64,000 nucleotides of DNA from a bacterium (lineage in GTDB: Bacteria; Patescibacteriota; JABMPQ01; JBDRIV01). How positions within the stretch are numbered: position 1 is the first letter of the stretch; every line of letters starts with the position of its first letter. A program made the translations under genes and the position numbers. Below, one piece after another: positions 10,827 to 21,484 of the stretch. The DNA lies in assembly GCA_043815505.1 (NCBI GenBank), contig JBDRIV010000004.1:7135-71134 (forward strand), given 5' to 3'. The notes under the pieces are model-generated. The model was not told where the DNA came from. It worked only from the letters and a program-made list of their open reading frames with translations, and made no database searches.

Positions 10827-12346
10827 TGGACAAACTTACCATAAAAATTATCAAGATATTAATTATAGTTTCTCCGCTTATTCTCTTTGGATATCTGCTA
10901 GACAAACGCTTTGTTCCGAGTGGCAAAATAAGTTTTGTTTACGATTTCAAAAATGATTCTGGTTTTATTTCTAAGCTTTATCCTGATGATAGAATAGCTG
11001 AAATTGAAAACACGGACGATTTTTATTCACAAGCACTAAAAAAAGATTTAGCTTATTTTGATACTTTTATATTTCGTCCTTTCAACGAAATTAAAATGAC
11101 AGTTGATTTTAAACCTGGTCAGCAAAATGTCGTTGAACTTGGTCCCGATATTTCTGACAATAAATGGACTTATGATTTTCAACCGTTAACTAATCAAATT
11201 CTAAATAATTTAACTTGGGAACAGGTAGCTGAAAATGGAACAATTTTATGGCAAAAAGAAAAGAATTATGATTCTTTAGAACAATTATTTGGCAATTTAC
11301 CTGGGGAAAATAAGAATGTGGCCTATTATAATTATGATGATTTTATCAGCGACCGTCGTTTAGCCGATTACTCTCCCACTGACGAAACATATGTAATAAA
11401 TGAAGCCTTGCGTGGTAGTCATACAATTTATACTTACATTAAAGATGAAAATTTGGATATTAAAGTGCAAAAATCTGATTTAAACAGGTATAATGGCCAA
11501 GACGAATTAAATATCAGATTATTCTCAGGCGCCAGAGAAATTTTTGCTAAAACAATAGATGATGATGGTATTAATGATAACTCTGATGTCCCAGGAAAAA
11601 TTCAAGCCACGCAAGTTAAAATTTCTAAAGAATCTTTGCCGGAAGGAATTTATCGTATTGAACTTGATACCTCCGATGATGTTTTAATTAGAAGAATTGA
11701 AACTAAACAAAATAAATTAGTATTTGCCAATAAAATATTTTTAGCAGAAAATGTTAATTACTTGCCAACCGAATCTGTTAAAGACGAGCCCACTATTGTA
11801 TATGCTTCTATTTATCCCGAGCTAGGAAAAACCGAGGTGGAAACCCCCCGAGCAGAAAGCCTCCAGACCATTACTTTTGATAATAAATCAATTAAATTAA
11901 CAGAACCTAATACTAAATATGATATTAGTCAACTAGTTGATGCTACGGGTATTACTAAAATTTCTGTCCCGGATCGTGATATAAAGATTGAGAGCAAAGG
12001 TTTCTTTGCTTTTTCCGATCAGCAATATTTTTATCCCCTGCCACCAAATTATTCCAGGCTAAGTGATACAACTAATTTAGATAAAACTGATTACATAATT
12101 GCTAATTATGTAAAACCAACTAAGCTGGCAGATGACAGGTGGCAAAATTCAATTACTTTTAATTATGATGATGTTTATATTGATCAGAATAATACTTTAC
12201 AGTTTGCTCTTTCAGCCCCTAATTTAGAAAACAATAATAACAGTGTTGCCATATCCCAAATTAAATTGGAATTGATAAAAGATCCGCTTCATTGGAACGA
12301 TTTCTTGCCCCGTCTCAAAAACTATATCACTAATTTGTATCAATAA
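10826..12346 (+). CDS. Membrane-anchored extracellular protein of unknown function
   Basis: Single N-terminal TM and an acidic, beta-rich soluble domain; TAATG-coupled to its neighbours. Confidence 0.75.
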   Translation: MDKLTIKIIKILIIVSPLILFGYLLDKRFVPSGKISFVYDFKNDSGFISKLYPDDRIAEIENTDDFYSQALKKDLAYFDTFIFRPFNEIKMTVDFKPGQQNVVELGPDISDNKWTYDFQPLTNQILNNLTWEQVAENGTILWQKEKNYDSLEQLFGNLPGENKNVAYYNYDDFISDRRLADYSPTDETYVINEALRGSHTIYTYIKDENLDIKVQKSDLNRYNGQDELNIRLFSGAREIFAKTIDDDGINDNSDVPGKIQATQVKISKESLPEGIYRIELDTSDDVLIRRIETKQNKLVFANKIFLAENVNYLPTESVKDEPTIVYASIYPELGKTEVETPRAESLQTITFDNKSIKLTEPNTKYDISQLVDATGITKISVPDRDIKIESKGFFAFSDQQYFYPLPPNYSRLSDTTNLDKTDYIIANYVKPTKLADDRWQNSITFNYDDVYIDQNNTLQFALSAPNLENNNNSVAISQIKLELIKDPLHWNDFLPRLKNYITNLYQ

Positions 12347-12717
12347 TGTCTCTGCGCAATTTATTAAATCGCGATAATATAAATGAAATAAACACCACGT
12401 TTTTTTCCACGGTTATAATAACTTATATTATAATTTTATTAATAGATATTGTTACCTCAGGTTTTGTGGCGCGTTTGTTTAACATAAACATCTTTTTGTT
12501 TCTATGCGCAGTTTCTGCTTTTATTATGATGGTATTCCCACCCAAAAAATCTTATTTTGCAGATAAATTTTCAAAAAATTTCCTCCTAATAGTTTCTCTA
12601 TTAGCAGGAGCTCTGGTTTATGCCAAGACCTTTGATACTGGCTGGGAAGGAATTATATTTTCCTTGGCCGTTTTGTTTATTACTTACCAATCACTAAAAC
12701 TTTTTTATCAGCCTTAA
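12346..12717 (+). CDS. Small 4-TM membrane protein
   Basis: Four hydrophobic segments; TAATG-coupled to the upstream gene. Confidence 0.7.
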   Translation: MSLRNLLNRDNINEINTTFFSTVIITYIIILLIDIVTSGFVARLFNINIFLFLCAVSAFIMMVFPPKKSYFADKFSKNFLLIVSLLAGALVYAKTFDTGWEGIIFSLAVLFITYQSLKLFYQP

Positions 12718-13664
12718 GATCTGTTGGTTTTATACCAGTCAACAAATATTTTAATTCCGTCAGTAAATGAGGTTGACGGTTTAAAGCCAAGTAACTGCTC
12801 GGCTTTTTTTGTATCAGCATAAGTAATAGCCACATCTTCTTTTGGTTTGGGTGATTCTTCAATAATTGCCTTTTTACCTATTGCCTCTTCTATATTGGCA
12901 ATAAATGAGTTCAAATCTATTGGCTTTGAATTTCCTAGATTTATAATTTCGTAAGGAAAGGATTTTTTGGCAGCTGCTATTACACCATTTACAATATCAT
13001 CAATATAAGTCCAGTCCCGTTTCATGGAACCATCACCAAATTTTTTAATGGGTTGGTTTTTTATTATTGCTTCTGTGAATAAATATGGCGCCATATCAGG
13101 GCGACCTTTTGGTCCATAAACGGAAAAAAAGCGCAAACAGGTCGTATTTAAGCCAAATAAATAGTGATAGGTATAGCACATCAACTCCCCTGCTTTTTTT
13201 GTGGCAGCATAGGGAGAGGCGGGACTATTAACATCATCACTTTCTGCAAAAGGAACTTTTTTATTATTACCATAAACTGACGATGAGGAAGCAAAAATAA
13301 AATCCTTCGGTCCATATTTTTTGGCAGCTTCTAAGAGATTTAATGTTCCCATAACATTTACTTGGTTGTAAAGTGTGGGATCGGCAATTGAATTTCGCAC
13401 TCCGGCTCGGGCAGCTAGATGAATTATTTTATCAAATTTGTTTTCGCTAAATACTTCTTCTACAAATTCTCTATTAGTAAAATCTCCTTCTAACAAATGA
13501 AACTTTACGAATTTTTCAAGTTCAGCAGTATTTTGTCTTTTGTATTCTGGATTATAATAATCGTTAAAACAATCTAAACCAAAAACTTCTTCTCCGTTTT
13601 CAAGAAGTTTTTTAGCAACTGAAGAACCAATGAAACCGGCGGCGCCGGTGATTAAATATTTCAT
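12714..13664 (-). CDS. UDP-glucuronate 4-epimerase-like NAD-dependent epimerase
   Basis: GAAGFIG, LAARAGVR, ASSSSVYG, SPYAATKK and GRPDMA motifs; near ugd. Confidence 0.88.
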   Translation of the reverse strand: MKYLITGAAGFIGSSVAKKLLENGEEVFGLDCFNDYYNPEYKRQNTAELEKFVKFHLLEGDFTNREFVEEVFSENKFDKIIHLAARAGVRNSIADPTLYNQVNVMGTLNLLEAAKKYGPKDFIFASSSSVYGNNKKVPFAESDDVNSPASPYAATKKAGELMCYTYHYLFGLNTTCLRFFSVYGPKGRPDMAPYLFTEAIIKNQPIKKFGDGSMKRDWTYIDDIVNGVIAAAKKSFPYEIINLGNSKPIDLNSFIANIEEAIGKKAIIEESPKPKEDVAITYADTKKAEQLLGFKPSTSFTDGIKIFVDWYKTNRS

Positions 13665-13665
13665 T

Positions 13666-14739
13666 TTAATTTAAATATTGACTCGGTATTAATTTCTTAT
13701 CTATCATCTTTTCCAATTCCTTGTTATAAACTCTCGATTTTTCTTTAATAAGGTTTCTTATTAACTTAGGTAATTTATACTGTAAAAATCGATATTTACT
13801 ACAAATTCTACTATAATACCTAATAATTTTGAGAATATACTTATCAAATTTGGAATATATGGTTTTAGAATGGTTTTTCAATAACTTAATATTATTTATA
13901 AATTTATCAACATCTTTATTATCATATAACGATCTTGACTTTCTAGCCTGCAATAAAAGATTGTTCATTATCTTACTATCATAACCATAATTTGAACGAA
14001 ATGCTATTTTATGCTTTGCCATTATTATCACAATAAACATTGTTATAAGATCGTATGAAATATTTGTTCTAGGAATATTAATATCGGAGCTGTTGTCAAA
14101 TTTGATACCTGCTATTTTTAATATTTCACTTCCGATATTTGTAATATTACTTTTATAATTTTCGTAAAACAAAATACTAAGCTTGTCTTTATAATGAAAT
14201 GAAAATTCTTTTATTAAATCTACATAATTCCAATCGTTAATATCTATTTGCATGCATCTCTTCCATTTCTCATTATAAGCAAATTTAATATTGGAAAATG
14301 GAAGAAAAACATCTTTTGGATTTAGAAAATAATTTTGATAAACATGCTGTTGATACAAACTTCTTAAAATACTTTCTTGATGCCTTAAAACTATGATTAT
14401 TCTCGCATTTGGAAATATTGCTTTAATAAACTTTAGTCTTTTTTTGTAGTCAAACCTTAACATCCTTAGAGATAGTGTTTCTAATGATATTAATATATTC
14501 TTCTGCTTAATCTTTTTTTCTTGATTTTCTATAACATTCTTTAGTAATTCTATGTCATCTTCTTTAAACATATCAAAATCCACAAGTTTTATTGCTTGTT
14601 TGAGTGAATTAAGTATTACCAGAGGGTTATAGATTGTAGAATTATTATTGAGTCTTGAGAAAAAATGTTTTTGAATTGCTGTAGTGCCGGTTTTTGGTAA
14701 TCCAATATGAAGTATATAATTCTTCATGTTTTGATTCAT
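13666..14739 (-). CDS. Sulfotransferase-family protein
   Basis: LHIGLPKTGTTAIQ 5'-PSB loop and LRHQ...SLY 3'-PB-like motif; very AT-rich. Confidence 0.78.
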   Translation of the reverse strand: MNQNMKNYILHIGLPKTGTTAIQKHFFSRLNNNSTIYNPLVILNSLKQAIKLVDFDMFKEDDIELLKNVIENQEKKIKQKNILISLETLSLRMLRFDYKKRLKFIKAIFPNARIIIVLRHQESILRSLYQQHVYQNYFLNPKDVFLPFSNIKFAYNEKWKRCMQIDINDWNYVDLIKEFSFHYKDKLSILFYENYKSNITNIGSEILKIAGIKFDNSSDINIPRTNISYDLITMFIVIIMAKHKIAFRSNYGYDSKIMNNLLLQARKSRSLYDNKDVDKFINNIKLLKNHSKTIYSKFDKYILKIIRYYSRICSKYRFLQYKLPKLIRNLIKEKSRVYNKELEKMIDKKLIPSQYLN

Positions 14740-14788
14740 AATATTTCTTGTGTTGCCAATATTTTAGATTCTACTTTAGACGCCCATC

Positions 14789-16078
14789 TTATTTCCCAAT
14801 ACCAAAATATTTATAGCCCATATTTATCATTTTTTCTTTATCTAAAAGATTGCGACCATCAAAAATGTAAGGTTTTTTAAGCATAGATTTTATTTTATTC
14901 CAATCCAGATCTTTAAATTCTGGCCATTCGGTAGCAATAATTACAGCGTCTGCATCTTTAACGGCTTCATAAGCATCGTTGGTATATTCAACCTCATGTC
15001 CGTTTAAGGCGCTGGCCGCCGTTTCTTCGGCAATTGGATCATAAGCAGCCACTTTGGCACCAGCTTCTTTTAAAAGCTTTATAATTTCTAAACTGGCAGA
15101 TTCACGAATATCATCTGTATTGGCTTTAAAAGCTAAACCCAGTGCACCAAATTTTAATCCTTTAATTTCTTTAAACTCATCCTTAATTTTTTCAAATAAT
15201 ACTCTTCTTTGGTTATTATTGACAGTAATTACAGCCTTTAAAAGGTTAAATTCATAACCACGAGTTCCAGCAATTTGGTAAAGAGCATTAACATCTTTTG
15301 GAAAACAAGAGCCACCATAGCCAATTCCCGCGTGCAAAAAATGCCGTCCGATTCTATCATCCCTACCCATCCCGTGAGCGACCATGTCAACATCAGCTCC
15401 AACCTTTTCACAAATGTTAGCAATTTCATTTATGAAAGATATTTTGGTTGCCAAAAAAGCATTGGAGGCATATTTAATCATTTCTGAGCTAGCAATATTT
15501 GTTGTTATGATATCAGCGTCAATGGGATCAAATAGTTTTTTTATTTTGTCTTTGGCTTTTTTACTCTCTGCTCCAATTACAATTCTGTTAGGTTCAAAGA
15601 AATCCTGTACCGCTGAACCTTCACGTAAAAATTCCGGACAAGAAACTACATCAAATTCTCCCTTATAATGTTTTTTAATTATTTTCTTTATTTCCTGACC
15701 TGTTCCTACTGGTACAGTACTTTTAGTAGCAATTATTTTGTAGCCTTTCAGGTTTTTACCAATATCTTCTGCTACTTGATAAACATATTTCAGATTGGCA
15801 GTTCCATCTGGGTTAGACGGCGTTCCTACAGCAATGAATACAATTTCTGATTCAGCCAATTCATCTTTTAAGGATGTTGAAAAAGAGAGGGTTCCTTTTT
15901 TTGCTTCTTCAACTATTAATTCTGTTAATCCTGGTTCATAAATAGGAACTTTTCCCTTTTTTAATTTCTCAATTTTTTCTTTATCAATGTCGACACAAAC
16001 CACTTGATTGCCAAATGATGCTAAACAAGGACCTAATACTAATCCTACATAACCTGTTCCGACAACTGTTACTTTCAT
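14789..16078 (-). CDS. ugd: UDP-glucose 6-dehydrogenase
   Basis: GTGYVG, PEFLREG, GGSCFPKD and DDIRES motifs. Confidence 0.95.
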   Translation of the reverse strand: MKVTVVGTGYVGLVLGPCLASFGNQVVCVDIDKEKIEKLKKGKVPIYEPGLTELIVEEAKKGTLSFSTSLKDELAESEIVFIAVGTPSNPDGTANLKYVYQVAEDIGKNLKGYKIIATKSTVPVGTGQEIKKIIKKHYKGEFDVVSCPEFLREGSAVQDFFEPNRIVIGAESKKAKDKIKKLFDPIDADIITTNIASSEMIKYASNAFLATKISFINEIANICEKVGADVDMVAHGMGRDDRIGRHFLHAGIGYGGSCFPKDVNALYQIAGTRGYEFNLLKAVITVNNNQRRVLFEKIKDEFKEIKGLKFGALGLAFKANTDDIRESASLEIIKLLKEAGAKVAAYDPIAEETAASALNGHEVEYTNDAYEAVKDADAVIIATEWPEFKDLDWNKIKSMLKKPYIFDGRNLLDKEKMINMGYKYFGIGK

Positions 16079-16084
16079 ATTATT

Positions 16085-17245
16085 TTACTTTAAGTATGTT
16101 TTTAGTTTGGCTGCTTTGTTGGTTTTTTCCCAAGTGAAATCTTTATCGTTGCGTCCGAAATGTCCATAAGCAGCAGTTTTTTTGTAGATTGGTCTCTTGA
16201 GTCTTAGAGTTTTGATGATGTCAGCTGGTTTCAGGGAAAATTCACGTTTTACAATTTTTTCGATTTGCTGATCAGGAAGCTGGCCCGTTCCAAAGGTTTG
16301 CACTAAAACTGAAACCGGTTCGGCGCGTCCAATTACATAAGCTATTTGCACCTCACATTTTTCTGCCAATTTGGCTGCCACAATGTTTTTAGCAATGTAG
16401 CGTCCCATATAAGATGCACTTCTATCAACTTTGGATGGATCTTTTCCAGAAAAACATCCCCCACCGTGAGAACCGTGCCCACCATAAGTATCAACAATTA
16501 TTTTTCTGCCGGTAAGGCCCGCATCAGCTGGTGGCCCACCTTTAACAAATTTTCCGGTAGCATTTATGAAATATTTAGTTTTACTGTCCAAATATTTACC
16601 TGCTACAGGTTTAATTACTTTGTTTATAATATCTTTTTCCAGTTTGACTGGTGAAACCTCAGGATTGTGTTGAGCTGCACAAACAACGGTATCAACTCTT
16701 TTGGGCTTACCATCTACGTATTCAACAGCAATTTCTATTTTTCCATCTGGTCTGAGGTAAGGAAGAGTTTTATTTTTTCTAACATCAGCTAGCTTTTTAG
16801 CCATTTTGTGAGAAAGCAAAATTGGCAAAGGCATTAATTCTGGAGTTTCGTTACAAGCATAACCAAACATTAAACCTTGATCTCCTGCTCCTTGTTCTTT
16901 AAATTTTCCCTTTCCTTTATCAACGCCTTGAGCAATATCACCCGACTGTTCATCAACTGCTACAATTACACCACAATCATCACCAGAAAAACCAATACTT
17001 CCATTATTGTAGCCTATTTCCTTTATAGTATCGCGGGCAATCTTGGCTATATCGACATAACCTTTAGTTCTAATTTCTCCTGCTACTACCACTAAACCGG
17101 TAGTAACCAAGCATTCTACACCGGCTCTACTCTCAGGATCCTGAGATAGTAGCGAGTCTAGAATACTATCTGAAATTTGGTCGGCAACTTTGTCGGGATG
17201 CCCTTCAGTCACAGATTCTGAAGTAAATATGTATTTGTTGGCCAT
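16085..17245 (-). CDS. metK: S-adenosylmethionine synthetase
   Basis: [17 protein letters not shown] and [16 protein letters not shown] motifs. Confidence 0.98.
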   Translation of the reverse strand: MANKYIFTSESVTEGHPDKVADQISDSILDSLLSQDPESRAGVECLVTTGLVVVAGEIRTKGYVDIAKIARDTIKEIGYNNGSIGFSGDDCGVIVAVDEQSGDIAQGVDKGKGKFKEQGAGDQGLMFGYACNETPELMPLPILLSHKMAKKLADVRKNKTLPYLRPDGKIEIAVEYVDGKPKRVDTVVCAAQHNPEVSPVKLEKDIINKVIKPVAGKYLDSKTKYFINATGKFVKGGPPADAGLTGRKIIVDTYGGHGSHGGGCFSGKDPSKVDRSASYMGRYIAKNIVAAKLAEKCEVQIAYVIGRAEPVSVLVQTFGTGQLPDQQIEKIVKREFSLKPADIIKTLRLKRPIYKKTAAYGHFGRNDKDFTWEKTNKAAKLKTYLK

Positions 17246-17260
17246 ATTTTTAATTAATAA

Positions 17261-18229
<969 letters not shown>

Positions 18230-18238
18230 TTAGATAAA

Positions 18239-19159
18239 TTATATCTTCCTTCGAAAATATTGTAAAGTTTCTTTTAATGTTTCCATTATATCAATTTGCG
18301 CTTGCCATGATGTTTCCTTATAGATTTTTTTAGGACTACCAACCAGGCACATAATATCACTTGTTCGCATCATGGCTGGATCATTTTCTATACTTATTTT
18401 CACCTTAGATAAACTAAGAAGTCGATTTAGTAAATCTTTAATAGTATAACCTTCTCCTCGGGCAATATTATAGACCTCGCCAGCTTTCCCGTTTAATAAA
18501 ATATCTCGATACGCCCGAACCACATCTCTAACATCTAGCATTTCTTTTTTTGGTTCTAAATTACCAACTTTAATAACTGGTTTTAATATTCCGGCTTCAA
18601 TTTGAGCAATTTGATTTGAAAATGATGGCACCACAAATTCCGTTGTCTGTCCTGGACCAGTATGATTAAATGGTCGAGCAATTTTTATTTTCAAATTACT
18701 TTTAAGGTATTCATTCGCGAGATTTTCCATAGCTAATTTACTTTCAGCATATATTCCCATTGCCTTTGTAGGACTTTTCTCTGTCAGAATAACTTCGGAG
18801 CTTCCGTAAACATAGGCTGAACTGACAAGTAATACATCTGTCTTTTTTTCTGATTGGGAAAGTGCTTGAAGTAAATTTTTAGTTCCACCGACGTTTACAT
18901 CGTATACTAACTTTTTGTTTTCTATTTGAGGATTGGCTACAGCAACTAAATGAATAACCAAATCAGGTTCAATTTCTTTAATTAGTTCAGCAAGCTTTAT
19001 ACTATTAGTTATGTCACACGACTGATGGTGATAACTTTTTTCGTTACTTTTATTTTTATCAATACCATATATTTTGTAATTTTTATCTCTCAGCAAAAAA
19101 GAGGTTAAATACCTCCCAACAAAACCTTGACTACCTGTAATTAAAATTCTTTTATGCAC
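18239..19159 (-). CDS. rmd: GDP-4-keto-6-deoxy-D-mannose reductase-like (GDP-D-rhamnose synthesis)
   Basis: GSQGFVG, YAESK, RPFNHTGPGQ, VGNL and DVRDVVRAY motifs; next to gmd. Confidence 0.75.
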   Translation of the reverse strand: MHKRILITGSQGFVGRYLTSFLLRDKNYKIYGIDKNKSNEKSYHHQSCDITNSIKLAELIKEIEPDLVIHLVAVANPQIENKKLVYDVNVGGTKNLLQALSQSEKKTDVLLVSSAYVYGSSEVILTEKSPTKAMGIYAESKLAMENLANEYLKSNLKIKIARPFNHTGPGQTTEFVVPSFSNQIAQIEAGILKPVIKVGNLEPKKEMLDVRDVVRAYRDILLNGKAGEVYNIARGEGYTIKDLLNRLLSLSKVKISIENDPAMMRTSDIMCLVGSPKKIYKETSWQAQIDIMETLKETLQYFRRKI

Positions 19160-20087
19160 TTTTTAAATTATTTTTAAACCAATCAACTGTTTGTTTGATG
19201 CCGTCCTTAAATTCCACTTCTGGTTGCCATTTAAAAGTTTCGTACAGTTCCGTATAAGATAAACAAGAAGTTTGTTGTTCGCCCAATTTTGCCTCACCGT
19301 GCTTTTCTTCGGCCATGCTCCCCAAAACTGTTTTGATGGAATTAAATACTTTATTCACGTCAGTCTCTTTTCCTGTACCAACATTGAAAATATGTTTTTC
19401 ACTTCTCTCTTCCAAAGCTAAAACATTGGCTCGCACAACATCAGAAACAAAAACATAATCTCTAGTTTGTTTACCATCACCATTTATGACTGCTTCTTCT
19501 TTTTCTATTAGCTTTTTAGAAAAGATTGCCACCACTCCTGCTTCACCGTGAGGATTCTGCCGTGGTCCGTAAACATTACCGTATCTAAGCGCTACGTAAC
19601 CAAGCTGGTGAACTTTATTATAATAATATAGATATTTTTCATTAGTTAGCTTGGCAATGCCATAAGGCGATTCGGGCTTGGCTTTGGCCGATTCTGGTGT
19701 GGGACGATTGTCGGTATCACCATAAATAGCACCACCGGTAGAAGCAAAAACGACCTTTTTAGTACGATTTTTAATGCAAGCTTGGTAAAGATTTAGACTA
19801 CCCAAGATATTAACTTCAGCATCAAAGGCTGGATCCTCAGTTGATTTTCTAACATCAATTTGAGCAGCAAGATGAACTAAAGCATCTGGTCTAAATTCAA
19901 CAAAAGTCTTTTCAATAAGTGTTTTATCTTTGATGTCACCTTTAATAAATTCCGCTGCCGTATTTACATATTCTTCATTGCCAGTTGAAAGATTATCAAT
20001 TATTAAAACGTCATGCTTGTTTTTTACTAAAGCATCAACTGTGTGTGAACCGATAAAGCCGGCTCCGCCTGTTACGATTACTTTCAT
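19152..20087 (-). CDS. UDP-glucose 4-epimerase-like NAD-dependent epimerase
   Basis: GGAGFIGSH, STGGAIYG, SPYGIAK and YGPRQNPHGEAGVV motifs. Confidence 0.88.
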   Translation of the reverse strand: MKVIVTGGAGFIGSHTVDALVKNKHDVLIIDNLSTGNEEYVNTAAEFIKGDIKDKTLIEKTFVEFRPDALVHLAAQIDVRKSTEDPAFDAEVNILGSLNLYQACIKNRTKKVVFASTGGAIYGDTDNRPTPESAKAKPESPYGIAKLTNEKYLYYYNKVHQLGYVALRYGNVYGPRQNPHGEAGVVAIFSKKLIEKEEAVINGDGKQTRDYVFVSDVVRANVLALEERSEKHIFNVGTGKETDVNKVFNSIKTVLGSMAEEKHGEAKLGEQQTSCLSYTELYETFKWQPEVEFKDGIKQTVDWFKNNLKSA

Positions 20088-20088
20088 A

Positions 20089-21474
20089 TTATTCTCCGAT
20101 AGAATTAATAGGGTCCCCGCCGGGATGTAAAAGCACTATCCAATTAGGGATGCGTTTAACTTGGCCATAATTATAACCCAAGCCTTCAAAGATTGATGGT
20201 GAACCGATGTGTCGGCGCTTGCCATTTTCCATTACAAAAATGTGACCCGATTCATCAGCAAACAATGTTCCGTCTTGTAATAAGACATTTGGTCCAGTGG
20301 CATAGCGATTCATTTCGGCAGTAGAAATTGTAATTATGTCTTGCCAACGAAAACGATTCTCAAAAACTATCCGATCGCTAACTGGTTGTTTTTTTCCACC
20401 ACTTATTAAGAACACAGCGCCACTATCAGCAGTTTTTACCAAAGCGCCATCAGGATGCTTTCTGGTATTTTTATCGGTTATTAAAGCACCATCACCATAA
20501 CTATTATACTCGGCCTGATTAATTGGCATGACGCGACTAAAATTGTATCCCAGGCTATCAAATACATCGCGCGAGGTTACTCCTCGGCGTTTTTCGTGTT
20601 CCACAACATAAATTGCACCTTGACCATCCAGCTGAATTAAAGTGCCATCAGGATATAAAAGCATGGTTCGTTCGGGATATTTTTGCAATTCAGTTGAACT
20701 AACTTCAATCACATTTCTCTCAGAAAACTGACGATAAGCAAATAAATTATCAGTTATAATAGCTCGTCTTTTTCCGTTGTCTATATAATAAACAATTCCT
20801 TCAGGAGAATCTTTTAAAAGTGAACCGTTAGGATGAGTAGCATCAAAATATGAAATCCAAATTTTCCAAAATAGAAAGTTGCCACCATTTCCTGTGACTG
20901 TATCTTTCGTACCTGCTGGAGCCCCTGCAACAGGCGTATAATTGTAAAGTCCGGCAGTGGCAGAATTAGCTGGTTTTACCGAAACACCATCCTGAGTAGT
21001 TCTACGAACATTTACTTTATAATTGTAATTACCCGGATTATCTAAATATCTTCTGAATTGCTTAGCAGCATAATTAATTTGATTAAAGACTCCACCAAAT
21101 TCACTTACGCTCCCATAACCCATTAGATGTCGCAAAGCTCCACTGGATAAATTTGATGTGGTTATAGCACTTTGTTCTTTTTGAGCATGAGCCAGTAGAA
21201 ATTGCTGACTGATACGATAATATTTAGCAGCATCATAAAATATTTGGGAAACCCGTTTTCTCCCTCCAATAGCATCAACGGCCATTCCAGCTAAACCACT
21301 TCCCTTAGATCTCAAAAAAGCCTCAATTTGATCTGGGTTCATTGATGATGAATTTGTATATTCATTATTAGAGACAATATTATTGGGATTAAAAGTTGCA
21401 GCTAAAACCAGCCCTGGCACCATCACTGATGCTAAAACTGTCAAGCATAGAATAAATCCGGTTGTTTTTTTCAT
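20089..21474 (-). CDS. Secreted protein with an N-terminal QKEQS/YNYTP domain and C-terminal repeats
   Basis: Signal peptide ending VLA-A; four ~60-aa repeats (P[D/N]G.L....G.VY.I..GK.R.I....F). Confidence 0.75.
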   Translation of the reverse strand: MKKTTGFILCLTVLASVMVPGLVLAATFNPNNIVSNNEYTNSSSMNPDQIEAFLRSKGSGLAGMAVDAIGGRKRVSQIFYDAAKYYRISQQFLLAHAQKEQSAITTSNLSSGALRHLMGYGSVSEFGGVFNQINYAAKQFRRYLDNPGNYNYKVNVRRTTQDGVSVKPANSATAGLYNYTPVAGAPAGTKDTVTGNGGNFLFWKIWISYFDATHPNGSLLKDSPEGIVYYIDNGKRRAIITDNLFAYRQFSERNVIEVSSTELQKYPERTMLLYPDGTLIQLDGQGAIYVVEHEKRRGVTSRDVFDSLGYNFSRVMPINQAEYNSYGDGALITDKNTRKHPDGALVKTADSGAVFLISGGKKQPVSDRIVFENRFRWQDIITISTAEMNRYATGPNVLLQDGTLFADESGHIFVMENGKRRHIGSPSIFEGLGYNYGQVKRIPNWIVLLHPGGDPINSIGE

Positions 21475-21484
21475 GATCTCCTAA

